The notes under the pieces were generated by a model, which was given only the letters and a program-made list of their open reading frames with translations, was not told where the DNA came from and did not search any database. Made by a program: the position numbers and the translations under genes. DNA of 64,000 nucleotides from Utricularia gibba (lineage: Eukaryota; Plantae; Magnoliophyta), in NCBI GenBank assembly GCA_002189035.1, contig NEEC01000020.1, forward strand, positions 806,001 to 870,000, in the 5' to 3' direction. Shown here in pieces: positions 1 to 11,742 of the stretch. How positions within the stretch are numbered: the stretch's first letter is position 1; every line of letters begins with the position of its first letter.

Positions 1-2498
1 ATTATAATTTGTATAATTACTTTAATTTAAATATATTGATATTAAAATTATGATTTAAAATTAAAATAACTAAATAATTTATAAAAATATTCATGAATAG
101 ATATATTTGTAATTTCAATCTTAAAATCAATTTTCAAAAATTAAATCTTTTAAAGAAATTTTCATTTCATGGTTATTTTCAAAAATTAATTCACATAAAA
201 TAGAATTTGATATACATTTGAAAGATAAAAACTGATTTTATGAACTACCAAACATTGTTTCATGCATCCATTTCCACTCCTATTTTTATTTCTATTTTTG
301 GTCAAAATTTGACTCTATATTAGAAGTGCTTTTAATATAACCACTCTAAAATACTTAAAACCTTCACTTTTTTTTGACTCAAGGTCTCCTACCTTACAAA
401 AGATGCTTGAAAAAAAATTATTAAAAAGAAAAAAAAAGGAAATTTGAAAATGGAATCTGGTAGCTTCTTCGCAAGTCAAAAAATGAGCACATTAGTAATG
501 ACTTTTGCAGGCCGAGGGTACAATAAAAGCACGGTTTTCAACCTCTTTCAAATAAAACGGCGGCGTTTTGACGTGCCTGCCTCTTCCCCAAGGGTGGTCA
601 CCTTTTCATTGTTCCGCATATTTTCATTATTATTTTTTATTATCAGAAGAATAAATTAATAATTTCATAGAATACAGTTACTTTTTTATATTTAAAATTA
701 AAAAAATATTATTATTTTAAAAATAATACTTAAATATAAAATAAACCGTTTACTTGATTCTGATTTCTAAGTCTCATTATTTATTCGATATGCTTATATT
801 CTTTTTTTAATTCTTTTTTCTCTAAGTTTCTTGCGTTATTATGTAACCTTTTTTGTTAATTTTTTATTTCATTTTATTATATATTTTATTGCTATTGATT
901 ATTCTTGATTCAGAAAATTTATTATCATTTCAAGAATGATAATTACTATTTTTTGCATAATATATTAATTTCCATAATGAGAGTCTTTTATAGGAAAATT
1001 ATTTTTAAAAATGTAAAAAATGGATCTAAAAAATAATGAATAATTTATTTTTGGCCTAATTCCTACCTAAGTAGTATTCCAAAATACTTATAATTTTATT
1101 TTTACTTTTATAAAAATAAAATTAGCTGCAAATGTTTTTCTAAAGAGTACTACTAATACAAATTACAAAATATTTATGATTAAATCGAAGAATTAAAAAT
1201 AATTTGTTTTCTACTAAAAAAATTATACATTTTTAAAAATAAAACTATATTTCAAAAATTTCCTGCAAGACTACTCCAATCCTCATTGTCTATGAGTATG
1301 TTTGGTTTGAGAAAATTTGCATTTCTAGAAATGTCTCTTATACAGGAATATTAGATGAAAAAAGAATAATTTAAATAAAAAATTATTTTAAATATCATGT
1401 TTGATTTTACAAATAAAATAGTAGGATAATAAATCTATTGGGAGATTATATACTTTTAAACAAATCATGTTTGAAAATACATAACCTTTCAAAAGATTTA
1501 AAAGTGGGATAGAAATAATCGAAAATATAATAAAAAAGATCATAACAACAAAATCATCTTAATATAGTATTAAAAATAATAAAGTAGTATTAATATAATA
1601 TTACAAATAATAAAATTGTCTTATACCGTTTTCAAATATTCAAATCACATCTCCATTCCTTTCATTTTATTTATTAGATTTTAAATATTTCAAATTTTTA
1701 ATTTTTATTTTTTAAATTCATAAAATAAACAGTGAAATATGACGTCGTTGATAATTATATCCCATCAAATTTTAACTAACAAACACGTCCTATTATTATT
1801 CTTAGGAATGCGATTGTTGAAGTGCCGTTTTGAATGGGTGGAATTTGTTGGTGACCACCACAACTTATAATCAATATAAATTATTTAATTTTTAATTTCT
1901 AAAATTATGTTATAAATCGTTCAATTTGATTCTTTTTGTAAACAGTTTGTTTTCAAATTTATAAAATTACATAATTAATTACTCATATTATCAAAACTAA
2001 TCAATTTTGATCTTAACATAATTATAGTGATACATTATACGAGATATAATATCATTATTATCATTTTGAATAATACGAAATACAAACATGATATGATTTT
2101 TAATAGAGGTATAATCCAATTTGCCGAACTTTGAACACATATGTAAAAAGTCCTAATATATAATTTTGTTAGGTTTGAATTCAGAATTAATTTTATGATG
2201 TCGTGAATCAATTCAATTTTTTAAAAATTTTAAAAATTGTTTAGATCTTAATTATATAATTTTGATAATTTGAATATGTCTTTTTTATAAATTTTTTTTT
2301 TGAAATCTAGGCATTAAAATTTTTATAGTGAATGAAAATAGAGATGTTGTTCTTACAATTTTTTTCATTTTGAACGAAAACCCTATTACACAAATACGAG
2401 AACGATGACGAATATCGCCCTGGTGAAAGAATAGTCGCTCATGATGAGGATGCTACAGAAGAAGGATCGAAGCTCTCCGCCACAGAGCTGACTTTCTA

Positions 2499-4285
2499 TC
2501 AGGAGCTCAAAGTGCTCTTCACCCGCCCCACAATCACTGTAATGTCGTCCACCTTGCCACCTGCCAGCAGCTCACACATTTCAGCAAGAATCTGAATCAG
2601 GAGGGGAATCAGTCAGAAGGTGTACCCGTGAGTTTCATCCCGAGAATCTTCTTCCACCATGGGACATCCCTCCCCTGCGATACAAACACGTCTCAGACAC
2701 AGACTTCCCATATGGTTAACTTGGCTGGGGGTAACTTGAGAGGCTGTTGTGTAACCTGGGATCTGGCTTCTTGGGAGTAGGGTGAGTCGAAGGCGGGGTC
2801 TTTGGAATGGTCATATGCCAGGATAGCCAATGCCTTTGCTACCATCGGAAGAAGAACCCAAGCGTGATTAGGAGCAACTGGGAAGCAGAAAAATGGGTAT
2901 AGTGTGTGCTCATATGTACCAGCTTCTGTGGTGGAAGGGTGTGCGCCTGTTACTGAGATGATTTCTTGATCGAAAACATTGTCGAAGAGTCCGTCTGATC
3001 CCATAACCACGACATCTTCTTCCATTAGCTCGACTGAAGTTACCTGCGTTTGTAGAGACAGAGATGATGAGCCCCTTTCTGTATCTGAATACAAGGTAGG
3101 ATTTCGAGATATGATCACCGTGGCGTCGATGAATGTCTGTCCATTAGACTCTGAACTCAACTGGTAGGGGCAATCAAAGTAGTGTTCTTGGGGAGATGTG
3201 GTGTACACTATTCGATCTGAGATATCAGAAGGGAGTCACTGCTTATCATGTCTCAGGAAGGTGAGTTAAAGAAAAAGGAAAGCATTTGTGAGCTGAGTTA
3301 CCCCTGCGAATCACCCTTACACCGCAGTCCCCTACGTTGGCGATTTTCAGAGTCCCGTTCTTCTCCAGCATAGCAACAACTCTAAAAGAGGGAGGGAAGT
3401 TTAAAAGGATAAATTGCAAGGGAGGATGGATTTTGTTGGGAGACATACACTGTAGCTGAACCAGCTGAGGAAGTGGCTGCGTGTGCTTTCCTTATCAGAC
3501 TTCGTGGATCATAGTTAACCTAAAGCTCAAGCATGAGAAGTTACAGTCAATCACTAGAATGTGATTGAGATAAGGAAGCCTGTGGAGGAAGGAGACCTCT
3601 TCATCTTCAACCATTTTGAGGGCATGAGAGATGAGCTCGCGTGAAAACAGTGCAGGATTCACATCTCTTTCAGCCCAACTGCAAGCGGAAGACGGTGTTT
3701 ATACTACAGCACATAAAGAAAAGAAAACAGAGAGCTCTAAAAGTCAAGTAATTGGTTTGGAGTAAACAGACGCCCCTTCTTCTAGTTTATCAGAACCAGA
3801 ATTCGTAAGACCGGAAATGTGGTGGTACACAGTAGGCAAAGAGAAGTACCCAGAGACTCCATCAGCAACCGCAATCACTCCGCCTCCGTAGCTGCACGTT
3901 AAGAAGGCATCTTCACCACCTTTCTCAACCTGGAAAAAGAGGGAATGCAACCAGATGTCCTAAAAACACTAGGAAAACCAGAAGATTGTACCTTATCAGG
4001 ATGCGGTATCACATGGGCACCCACAGTTAAGCAGACTCCTTCCGTTGAACTACAAAACCGGTGAAGAGTACATTCAGCCAAAACAAAAACAAAATTTGAG
4101 AACCCGAAGCCGAAGTAGGAGCTCTTGATTGATTGATTGGCTGGTTACCTGACAACAACATTGGGAAGTGCAGGTGCAGAGCAAAAGAGGAGACTATTGG
4201 GTTTGTGGGGAAGGGAGAAAACCCCTGCTCTGGGTGTCTCTGGAAGAAGAAGATGCGTGAGTGTCCTCAACCCCAGAATCGCCAT
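2499..4285 (-). CDS. PBCP: PP2C/PTC7-family phosphatase, photosystem II core phosphatase-like (about 10 exons, N-terminal transit-peptide-like leader)
   Basis: Spliced translation: MAILGLRTLTHLL...; HVIPHPDK|VEKGGEDAF...AVADGVSG|W; ANVGDCG; QEHYFDCPYQLSSE; MGSDGLFDN; DSPYSQEARSQ|GRDVPWWKKILGMKLT|GGKVDDITVIVG...SS*. GT-AG boundaries keep the frame. ATG at 4285, TGA at 2499-2501. The WWKKILGMKLTGGK-DD-TV tail matches PBCP (At2g30170) as recalled. Confidence 0.9.
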
Positions 4286-5042
4286 CCACCTTGATCCTCA
4301 CAAAAAAATGTCACCTGGATACCATATTATTCTTGCACAAAGTGAAATTCGTAAAAAGGAAACAACAGTTCCATGTTATGCCCTTTTTCCAATTTCAAGT
4401 TGGATAAGAGTCAATAGAATTCTAAGTAACATGGTGAAATAAGTTGAATCGAATACTATTCTATTCGAAATAGTATTAGTGTTCGAATCTAATCAATATG
4501 TTTTTTAATTTAAAATAAGATTAGTTGAATTTTTTAATTATCTAAATCTAATTTTTAGGTTTAAGTGAAAAAAAAAATGATCTTATATAATATTGATTAT
4601 TGATTATTAAATAGTCTTTATTACAAATAAAAGGTTAATTGTTAAAATCAATTTAGTTAATGAATTTGTAAAATCCGGAATCTACGTCGTCCGATGGCCA
4701 AATCGCCGGCGATTTGTTGATGATCTGTAACCTAAAGAAACGCTCCAACTCCAGGCCACCGTCGCAGGAGAAGAAACCGCCATGGTGGCACCGGAATCGG
4801 AGGAGAAGCGCATCTCGTAAGCGTTTGAGAAGGCTATGTACGTTTTCTTACTTTCCCCTGTTCTTTGTGGTGATTTCGGATTAAAAATTCTGTAGCTGCT
4901 ATGAAAAGCTCTGCTTGTGTACTTTACATGATGCATACTAGAAATACAACAGCTCCTATGGGCTATGAATTACAGAAAATCAACCGATCAACAAATAAAA
5001 AGAAGGTCTGGTGAATTGGAGCGCTGAGACTGGGATTTTGAT

Positions 5043-6885
5043 TTAGCAAAGCAGGGAATCCATGAAGTCATCTCTGGGCTCAGATTTGGGTCTACTCCGG
5101 ATCATCTCCATAGTGTAGGGTGATTGAACTTTTGAATGATCGAACATTGAAGCACTGGTTCCCTTTCCCAGCTGACCCAAGTTTGCATTGTTGGGATTGT
5201 ACGGCAGAGGTCTAGTAACCGAATGGCTGCCGCGGGCTGCTGGAACATCGTGATTGTGCTTCCCTTCATATGTTGTGATCACCGCACGGCGATCCTGGGA
5301 TGATCGCTCGACGTGCTTTCTGACTGGGCATCCGTTCGTTGTGCATTTGTAGTAGCTCCTGAAATCCGTGAGGATGAAGGGTTATAGGAATTGACTCCGA
5401 AGAGAACTGAGCATCTAAGGTGTGAGGATAACAAACCTTGGGTTAGGATTCCCCTTGACTACTTTTTGTCCGTACTTTCTCCATCTGAAACCATCATCTA
5501 GAATATCAATGTCACTTGTAGTTTGTACAACGACTCTGGGTTCTCTTACAGCAGCACTGCTGCTGCTGCCACCTCCACCCACTGAAGAGTTCCCTTCAGT
5601 TTCGACTTCACTTTTCCTAGTACATGATGATACTGGTAAGTACTTGAATTAAAGCTCATGGATTTTTTATGTTAAATCGAAGTAATTTAATTACTCACCA
5701 TCTCTTAGGATTGGGCTCTTCATTATTCAGTTCATCTCCTCCGGAACGGCTCTGCTCGAAATCATCGTCTGGTAAGATGGTAGAAGTGTTATCAAAAGTG
5801 ATCACTGAGGACAGTGAATCCATTTTAGGGATGCTGACTGAGGCAGAGGTTTGTGTCTCTGAGATATCAGCAAAGTGTGACTGACTTGAAGAAGAAAGTG
5901 ATGATCTTCTAGTGGATTGTGGCTTGGGATGATTATGAGTCCCCTTGTAAACAATCTCAGTGATGGGTCCATCTGCAGACCTTTCCACTTTCTTCTTAGT
6001 TGGGCAATTGGGGTATGTGCATTTGTAGTAGCTTCTTGGATTTTCACTCCCTTTCACCTGTTTCTGTCCGTATTTTCTCCAGTTATACCCATCATCCAGC
6101 TTCCTGTTGGATGCGTTGTTGTTGTTGTCGTATTCACCATTGAAGCCACTGTTTTTGACTTGGATAGTAGCAATCTCTGGTGAAAAGCCCTGATCTGACG
6201 AGGAATTGAAATCATGTATCTGCTCTGATGATTGCTCCTCTGCCTTGTTGTTGTTATTGTTGGAAGCTTGTATTTGGTGGTAGTCCCATGGCTGCAGGTC
6301 CAGAAAAATGGAATCAGCAAAACAGGGAACCAGGTAGAATCAGCATAAAAAACAGAATGACTCACCATGCTGCTGCCATAACTGGTTCGAAGCTCCTGCT
6401 GGTGCTGCTGCTTTTTCTGAGCAGGAAAACTGAATTCGAAGAAGCTGTTAGTATAATCCTCATTCTGTTCATCACTCTGCTGCTGTTCTTGTCGTATCTC
6501 TTGCTTCAGTCTGTCAGAGCTGCTCCTCCAATCAAAAGACCCCACAGGGAAACTCCCGGTCGTCGGAGACGGCAACACCTGACAAAAACACAACAACAGG
6601 TTTAAAAAACTCGATGATGCTATGCTTTCCAAGGGTGATTTTGAATGAACTAACATTAGACCCGGATAGCAGCACAGGCGAATCGAGGAGCTCGGCGGGG
6701 CTGAGCCCCGGAGGAATCGGAAACCAGGAAGAAGAAGGAGCCGGAGATATGGGAAGCGACGGCGGGGGAAGAGACTTGAACTTGGGAACTCCGGTGCCGG
6801 GCCTTAAACCCGCCATCGGACGGGTAGCTTCCGATGACTTGGGATGAGAGGTGATGGAGAAATCCAAACCAGAGGAAGCCGCCAT
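5043..6885 (-). CDS. WRKY33: Group I WRKY transcription factor (WRKY33/25/26 clade), two WRKY domains
   Basis: N-terminal [16 protein letters not shown]...[14 protein letters not shown] (docking/SP cluster). Domain 1: [31 protein letters not shown]...HNH. Domain 2: [21 protein letters not shown]|[10 protein letters not shown]...HNH. C-terminus [15 protein letters not shown]. The exact paralog within the clade is uncertain. Confidence 0.92.
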
Positions 6886-7799
6886 GGATGGAAAATTGTG
6901 GTGATAGCGAGTGGAAAGGGAAGCAGAAACGCACACGTAAACGTTTTGAGGGTGAGCATCTTCTTCTTCTACTCGTTTAAAAGAGTTGCCGCATTTGACC
7001 AGGAAAAAAAAAATCTCACCCTTCCAAATAATTAAGGTTTTGTTTGTTTTTATTCATTTAAAAACAAATAATTAAGATTTTGATGTCATCCATTTTAAAT
7101 TTAATTCGAATATACATGATTTTACGTTTTCTTTTCAAAAAAAAATCTCATTCAAGAACATATGCTCGTTTTTGAGCGTTCATCCAAGCATTGATTAATG
7201 ATTTAGATTAGTTTCTAATATCAAATATCACAAACTTTATTCTTCTTATAATATACTATTCATTTAGATCAAACCCTAACTCTTATGATTTTTCGCTTTT
7301 TTGAAAAATAATATCAATGCATCATCGGGTTTCAAAAAATAGTAAATATCATAAACTTTTAAAAGAAAAAAAGGGTCGTACTACTTTTGATTTTTTTAAG
7401 GATTCGGCCTATGTAAAAATGTAAGAATATTGTTAGATGAATTTCATATTGATTAGAAATAAAATTAAGAGTCAATTTATATAGAGAATTTTTTTTAATT
7501 TTATATAAGATTTTTTCTTTGAAATTAAAAAACATAAAACTATAAGAATTATATATAAAAAATGAATAATATCGTATAATGAAATGATGTATTGTTACAT
7601 CGCAACTTGAATCTATGTGTACTTTGAAAATTGCTTACAACATGAATTAATTTTTTTTTTACCAAAGTGTAGTAGAAATAAAATAACTTTTAAAAAATAC
7701 TTGCTATTTTATTTCTTATTTTGGAAGGATTAGGCAACCGGGCTTAAGCCTTTTGTTTTTTTTTTTCCGTAATTTTTTTTTAAAAAATGGGAGTAGAAA

Positions 7800-7919
7800 A
7801 GTCAATGCAGCGTTTGTGTGAACACTGAAGTAGATTATCCACACCCACACGGGTTCCGTTGACTTTTCCCCCTCTCCGTTCACATTGCCAGCTCACCATA
7901 CGCCACGTCGGATTTGACT
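7800..7919. promoter_or_regulatory. W-box cluster upstream of the WRKY33-like gene
   Basis: AGTCAA at 7800-7805, TTGACT at 7859-7864 and TTGACT at 7914-7919 lie in a GC-richer island within AT-rich DNA. A fourth box, TTGACC, is at 6995-7000 near the presumed TSS. Confidence 0.55.
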
Positions 7920-9589
7920 GCAACATTCCGCCCTATTGAGCTACCTACTGGATGGAAAGTGTGTAAATTAGATTAATAATAATCTTATTTTTTTAAAAAT
8001 ATATATTTTTTTGTCCTCTTTTTTGGAGGGTAGTAAATGAATGATGAGATACAATTAGAGATTATAGAATTTCTAGTAATTTGAAAGTGGGTGTTTAGTT
8101 GGTGTTCAAGAGGTAATTTGGTAAATAAATAGGATGATTTCATGGTAAATCATGTATTAAAACAATTGGATTAAATTTAAATTATTTTTAAATAACAAAT
8201 AAATAATGATTCAATCACAATTCAATTATATCTTTTTAAAAAAGTATTAATTTTTTTAAAGATAACGAGTGATGTAATCATAAATCATAATATAAACCAT
8301 AGTTGAACCTTTCAATTGTAAATCATTTGTGCAATTGGTTTTCTTTTTTTTATTTAAAATATTATTCTTTACCAAATATTCCAAATAATCATTTACTTGC
8401 AGAATACTCTAAATTCACTTTCTTCTAGAAACTATCATACTCTATCCCCATTGCCAAATGATGAGTTGAGACCAAATAGAAAAGATTGGAACAGTTTAGT
8501 GTCTGATAATGACAACTAAACTCAAATCTTAATTAAGTTTAGACTTAAATTCATGAAGCTTCTATAAAAGTTTTTGAATATCAATATTCTCAATTTTTAA
8601 GATAGTTAACTATAAATATTTCATGAAATATAAAATAAAATAAATGTAAGGTAAGTGTATATAAATAAATGATTATTCGAATTATCTTTAACAATTAATA
8701 AAAAACATATATATATTATTTAAAAATTAATAAAAAAATTTAAAATTTGGCATTGAAAAAACTATATCATTATTTTAATGACGATTTTTTTTTGATCCGA
8801 TAGCCATCTGATTTGAAATCATTGCCCTACACTACTACTGTTATTATAATGGAATGCGTACACGTCAAAATCATTTTTATTTTTTAAAAATATTTAAATC
8901 GAACTAATTCAGGGCTTGAGTTGACTCTACTGATTAGTGGGCCCCTAGGTTAACCCAATTGAGATTTATATTAGTTTTTAAATTATTAAATTAATTAAAT
9001 TATACTTTTTGTGATATAAAAAATCATATGTATCAATTATCTTTTTTGGAAAAAATAAATTAATTAAATAATATAATTTGTAAAACTTAATTTAAAATAA
9101 TGACTCACGCTTTCTTTTTATAATATTATCTATTTCATACATTTAATATTTATGGTTTAATATTTTTTATTTTGGAAAAAAATATTAATATAAGATAAGA
9201 AAAATAATTTTATTTAATCACATACTCTCTCAAATCTGTAATCAATATAGGATACATTAGTCTAACATTATCCTCATCTTGTATATTTATCGTCCTTGTT
9301 TAGCACTTCATTGTTCTATGATTGGTATGTGTCCAGATTTTAAATTTTTAAAATTAGAAATATTACATTATTGATAATAAAATAAAAATATATTACCGAA
9401 TATTATATAGAATTGTTAAAAATTAGAATTTATAACTATGAATTGATAGAATCAAGTATATGATCAATCCGTATTGGTATTATTACGTATTGAATAATTT
9501 TTTATTTGGATATTGAAAATTAATATTCATAGTTTTGGAATACGAATAATAATTTTAATTGTGGGTGTGGGTTGAATAGAAATTACTCT

Positions 9590-10508
9590 CTTGTCCCTGA
9601 TGTTCCACCGCGGAATCTTTCAACTCCCGCGTCGTCTTCACGCTACGCTCCACATTCTCCATCACGATCTACGGGACTCCTCCACTGCCATCGTCTCCAA
9701 GATGCGGCGACCGTCGTTGTGGACACCGGAGATGTTTAGTGCCGAGGAGAAGGAGATTATTTTCATTTTACGTGGAGTCTGGTCTCCTCGTAGGCTTCTC
9801 TGAACCATGGATCGTTTTTGATTTCTTTGATTGTGATTCGGAGGCGAGAGATGAGGGTTTTTAGATCCGTTTTGGGCGGCGGTATTCGCATTTCTGTACC
9901 TTCCGGCATATGTTTACCAAATTGGAGCTGTGGAAGGGCAGATAATCGGCGACGAGGACGATCAGGATGACACCGCAGGGGTGGATGTCGATTGTGGCGC
10001 CGTTGTAGCCTTTTTTCGCGAGAATCTCCGGGGTGATGTACGCTAGAGGTGCCGCAAAGGGTGTGAAACAATCTATCGGCCCGAATCTGATGCTTTAAAG
10101 CGCTGAGACCGGAATCGGAGACTTTGAGATGCTCATTTTTTTATAGAGAAGCAAAATCCTCCGTTTTCAGATCCCGATGGTAACTCCCCTGCGAATGAAA
10201 GTGACTCACGGCGGCTTCGCTATCTCCTGGAACAGCTCTCCGCCCTTGACGAACATCATAACAAAAAAGAACGTCGTCTTCGCGCTGCGAACTTCGCAGA
10301 CCTTGACGGCGTACAGGCGGCGCAACCGCCTCATCATCGATATCCCCGTGGCGATTCCGGCCATGAGTTGAGGGTGCTCTTCTGTATCACCTTAATCGCA
10401 TCCCTCTTTCCGGTTTCGATTTCTCTAGCCTGGTACACAATCAAGAAGGCGCCGCATCCTAACCTTCTACATGATGAGCAATGTTTTCCGAGGGGGAGAA
10501 TCCGCCAT
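9590..10508 (-). pseudogene. CIPK11: CBL-interacting protein kinase (CIPK11-like, intronless clade) pseudogene
   Basis: Fragments in shifting frames: LGCGAF-IVYQAREIETGK-DAIKVI; ISMMRRL...FVMMFVKGGELF; YHRDLK; LKVSDSGLSAL (DFG to DSG); FHTLCGT; AYITPEILAKKGYNGA; RITIKEIKNDPWF; IISFSSALNISG (NAF/FISL remnant). Several frameshifts, in-frame stops (e.g. TAG at 10467-10469) and a roughly 20-codon deletion before the catalytic loop. Confidence 0.88.
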
Positions 10509-10707
10509 CTGATCTCCGGCGGAATTTAACAGGGGATCCCAAAACCAGTTGCAGAGGAGTAAGGAATGAATCACAGGCGCTTGGTGTACGGATGGGAGGG
10601 AATCGTAACCTCCCGTAAATGGAAATACGGAGAAGCAATGAATGGACAATAATAATTAAAATATTATTATCTTTCAAAATAAAAAATAAAAAAAATCGGT
10701 TTTCCAA

Positions 10708-11269
10708 CTAAGGGACGTATAATTTATTGCCACACTTGCACCTCCACGCTTCTGGGTAGTACTCTGCAGTGACCGGAGTCCCCGGCGGCACAGCTACGTG
10801 TACCGGCCGGCACGGCGAACATCTCCCGCATTTGGAATTGCAACGCGGCGGCCATGAGCCCGGCCGGGAAAGTAGCTTCCTAGCGCCGCCGTCACCGTTG
10901 ATTCGCTCCTCCGTATCCTGACAAACTAATATCCATCAGTTCAGGATCTAAGTGACTAATGATGATTGCTGAGAGAGAAGAAGCAGTCACCTGGAGGTAG
11001 CTCATGTATTCATGACTCGACAAGCAAGCTTTCTCTGCATACTCCAATGGAGATCCTCCTACACACATACATACTGTTTGATGACATTTATGCTGTGCAG
11101 TTGTCAGACTGAAAAAACTGGATGGAAATGGAGAAAGAGAGGTGGGTTCACCTGATTGAGGATCAAGATGGCTGCTTTGGACCAAGAAGAAGAAGAAGAA
11201 AGAGCACCAGAAGAAGGTGAGTAAGCAGAGCTTCAGGCATCTCCAGTCTCCAAAGCCAGGTATTGGCAT
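10708..11269 (-). CDS. EPFL6: EPIDERMAL PATTERNING FACTOR-like secreted peptide (EPFL4/5/6 clade, CHALLAH-like)
   Basis: Exons 11269-11152, 11058-10991 and 10917-10708 give 131 aa with a hydrophobic signal-like N-terminus. The mature 6-Cys domain is GSWPPRCNSKCGRCSPCRPVHVAVPPGTPVTAEYYPEAWRCKCGNKLYVP*. The last exon is missing from the ORF track because it has no ATG. The start codon is uncertain (alternative in-frame ATG at 11293). Confidence 0.92.
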
Positions 11270-11742
11270 GCGTAAATCCCAGCACCAACTCATTGTTGGC
11301 TCCCCATGCAGGTGATTTCTGCAACACAAGTAATCCCAGGTATGACAGGATCAATGGGATCTGGTATGGCTATGTGCATCTGTGCTGCACTCTCTTCTAG
11401 TGGAAAGCAAGGGTGCAAAGCAAAGAAAGGGGAAATCAAGGAAATGAAAAGGGTTTTGGTGTGAGTGGATATTTGCTACGTTTGAGGGGTGGTTTCTGCA
11501 GCTTTTCCAAGGCTGTCTCTCTTGTCTTTCATACAATTGTTTCACATCAGCTGCTGCAAGGCTGGGGCTCCCACCTTAACTGCACAGCACAGACCCCCGA
11601 TGGAAAAAAATTTTCATCTGCTTCTGTTTGTTTTTTGTATGGTATGATGATGGGTACCTATCAAATCCTCGAAATATTCTATTTCTTCACATTCAATCAC
11701 CCCTGAGAATTGAAGAAATGCTGTGAAGACCTGTGAAGACAA

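Noticed and set aside
470-620. GC-richer island with AGTCAA and TGACG motifs near the window start
   Set aside because: Probably regulatory DNA of a gene outside the window; it cannot be assigned from this sequence.
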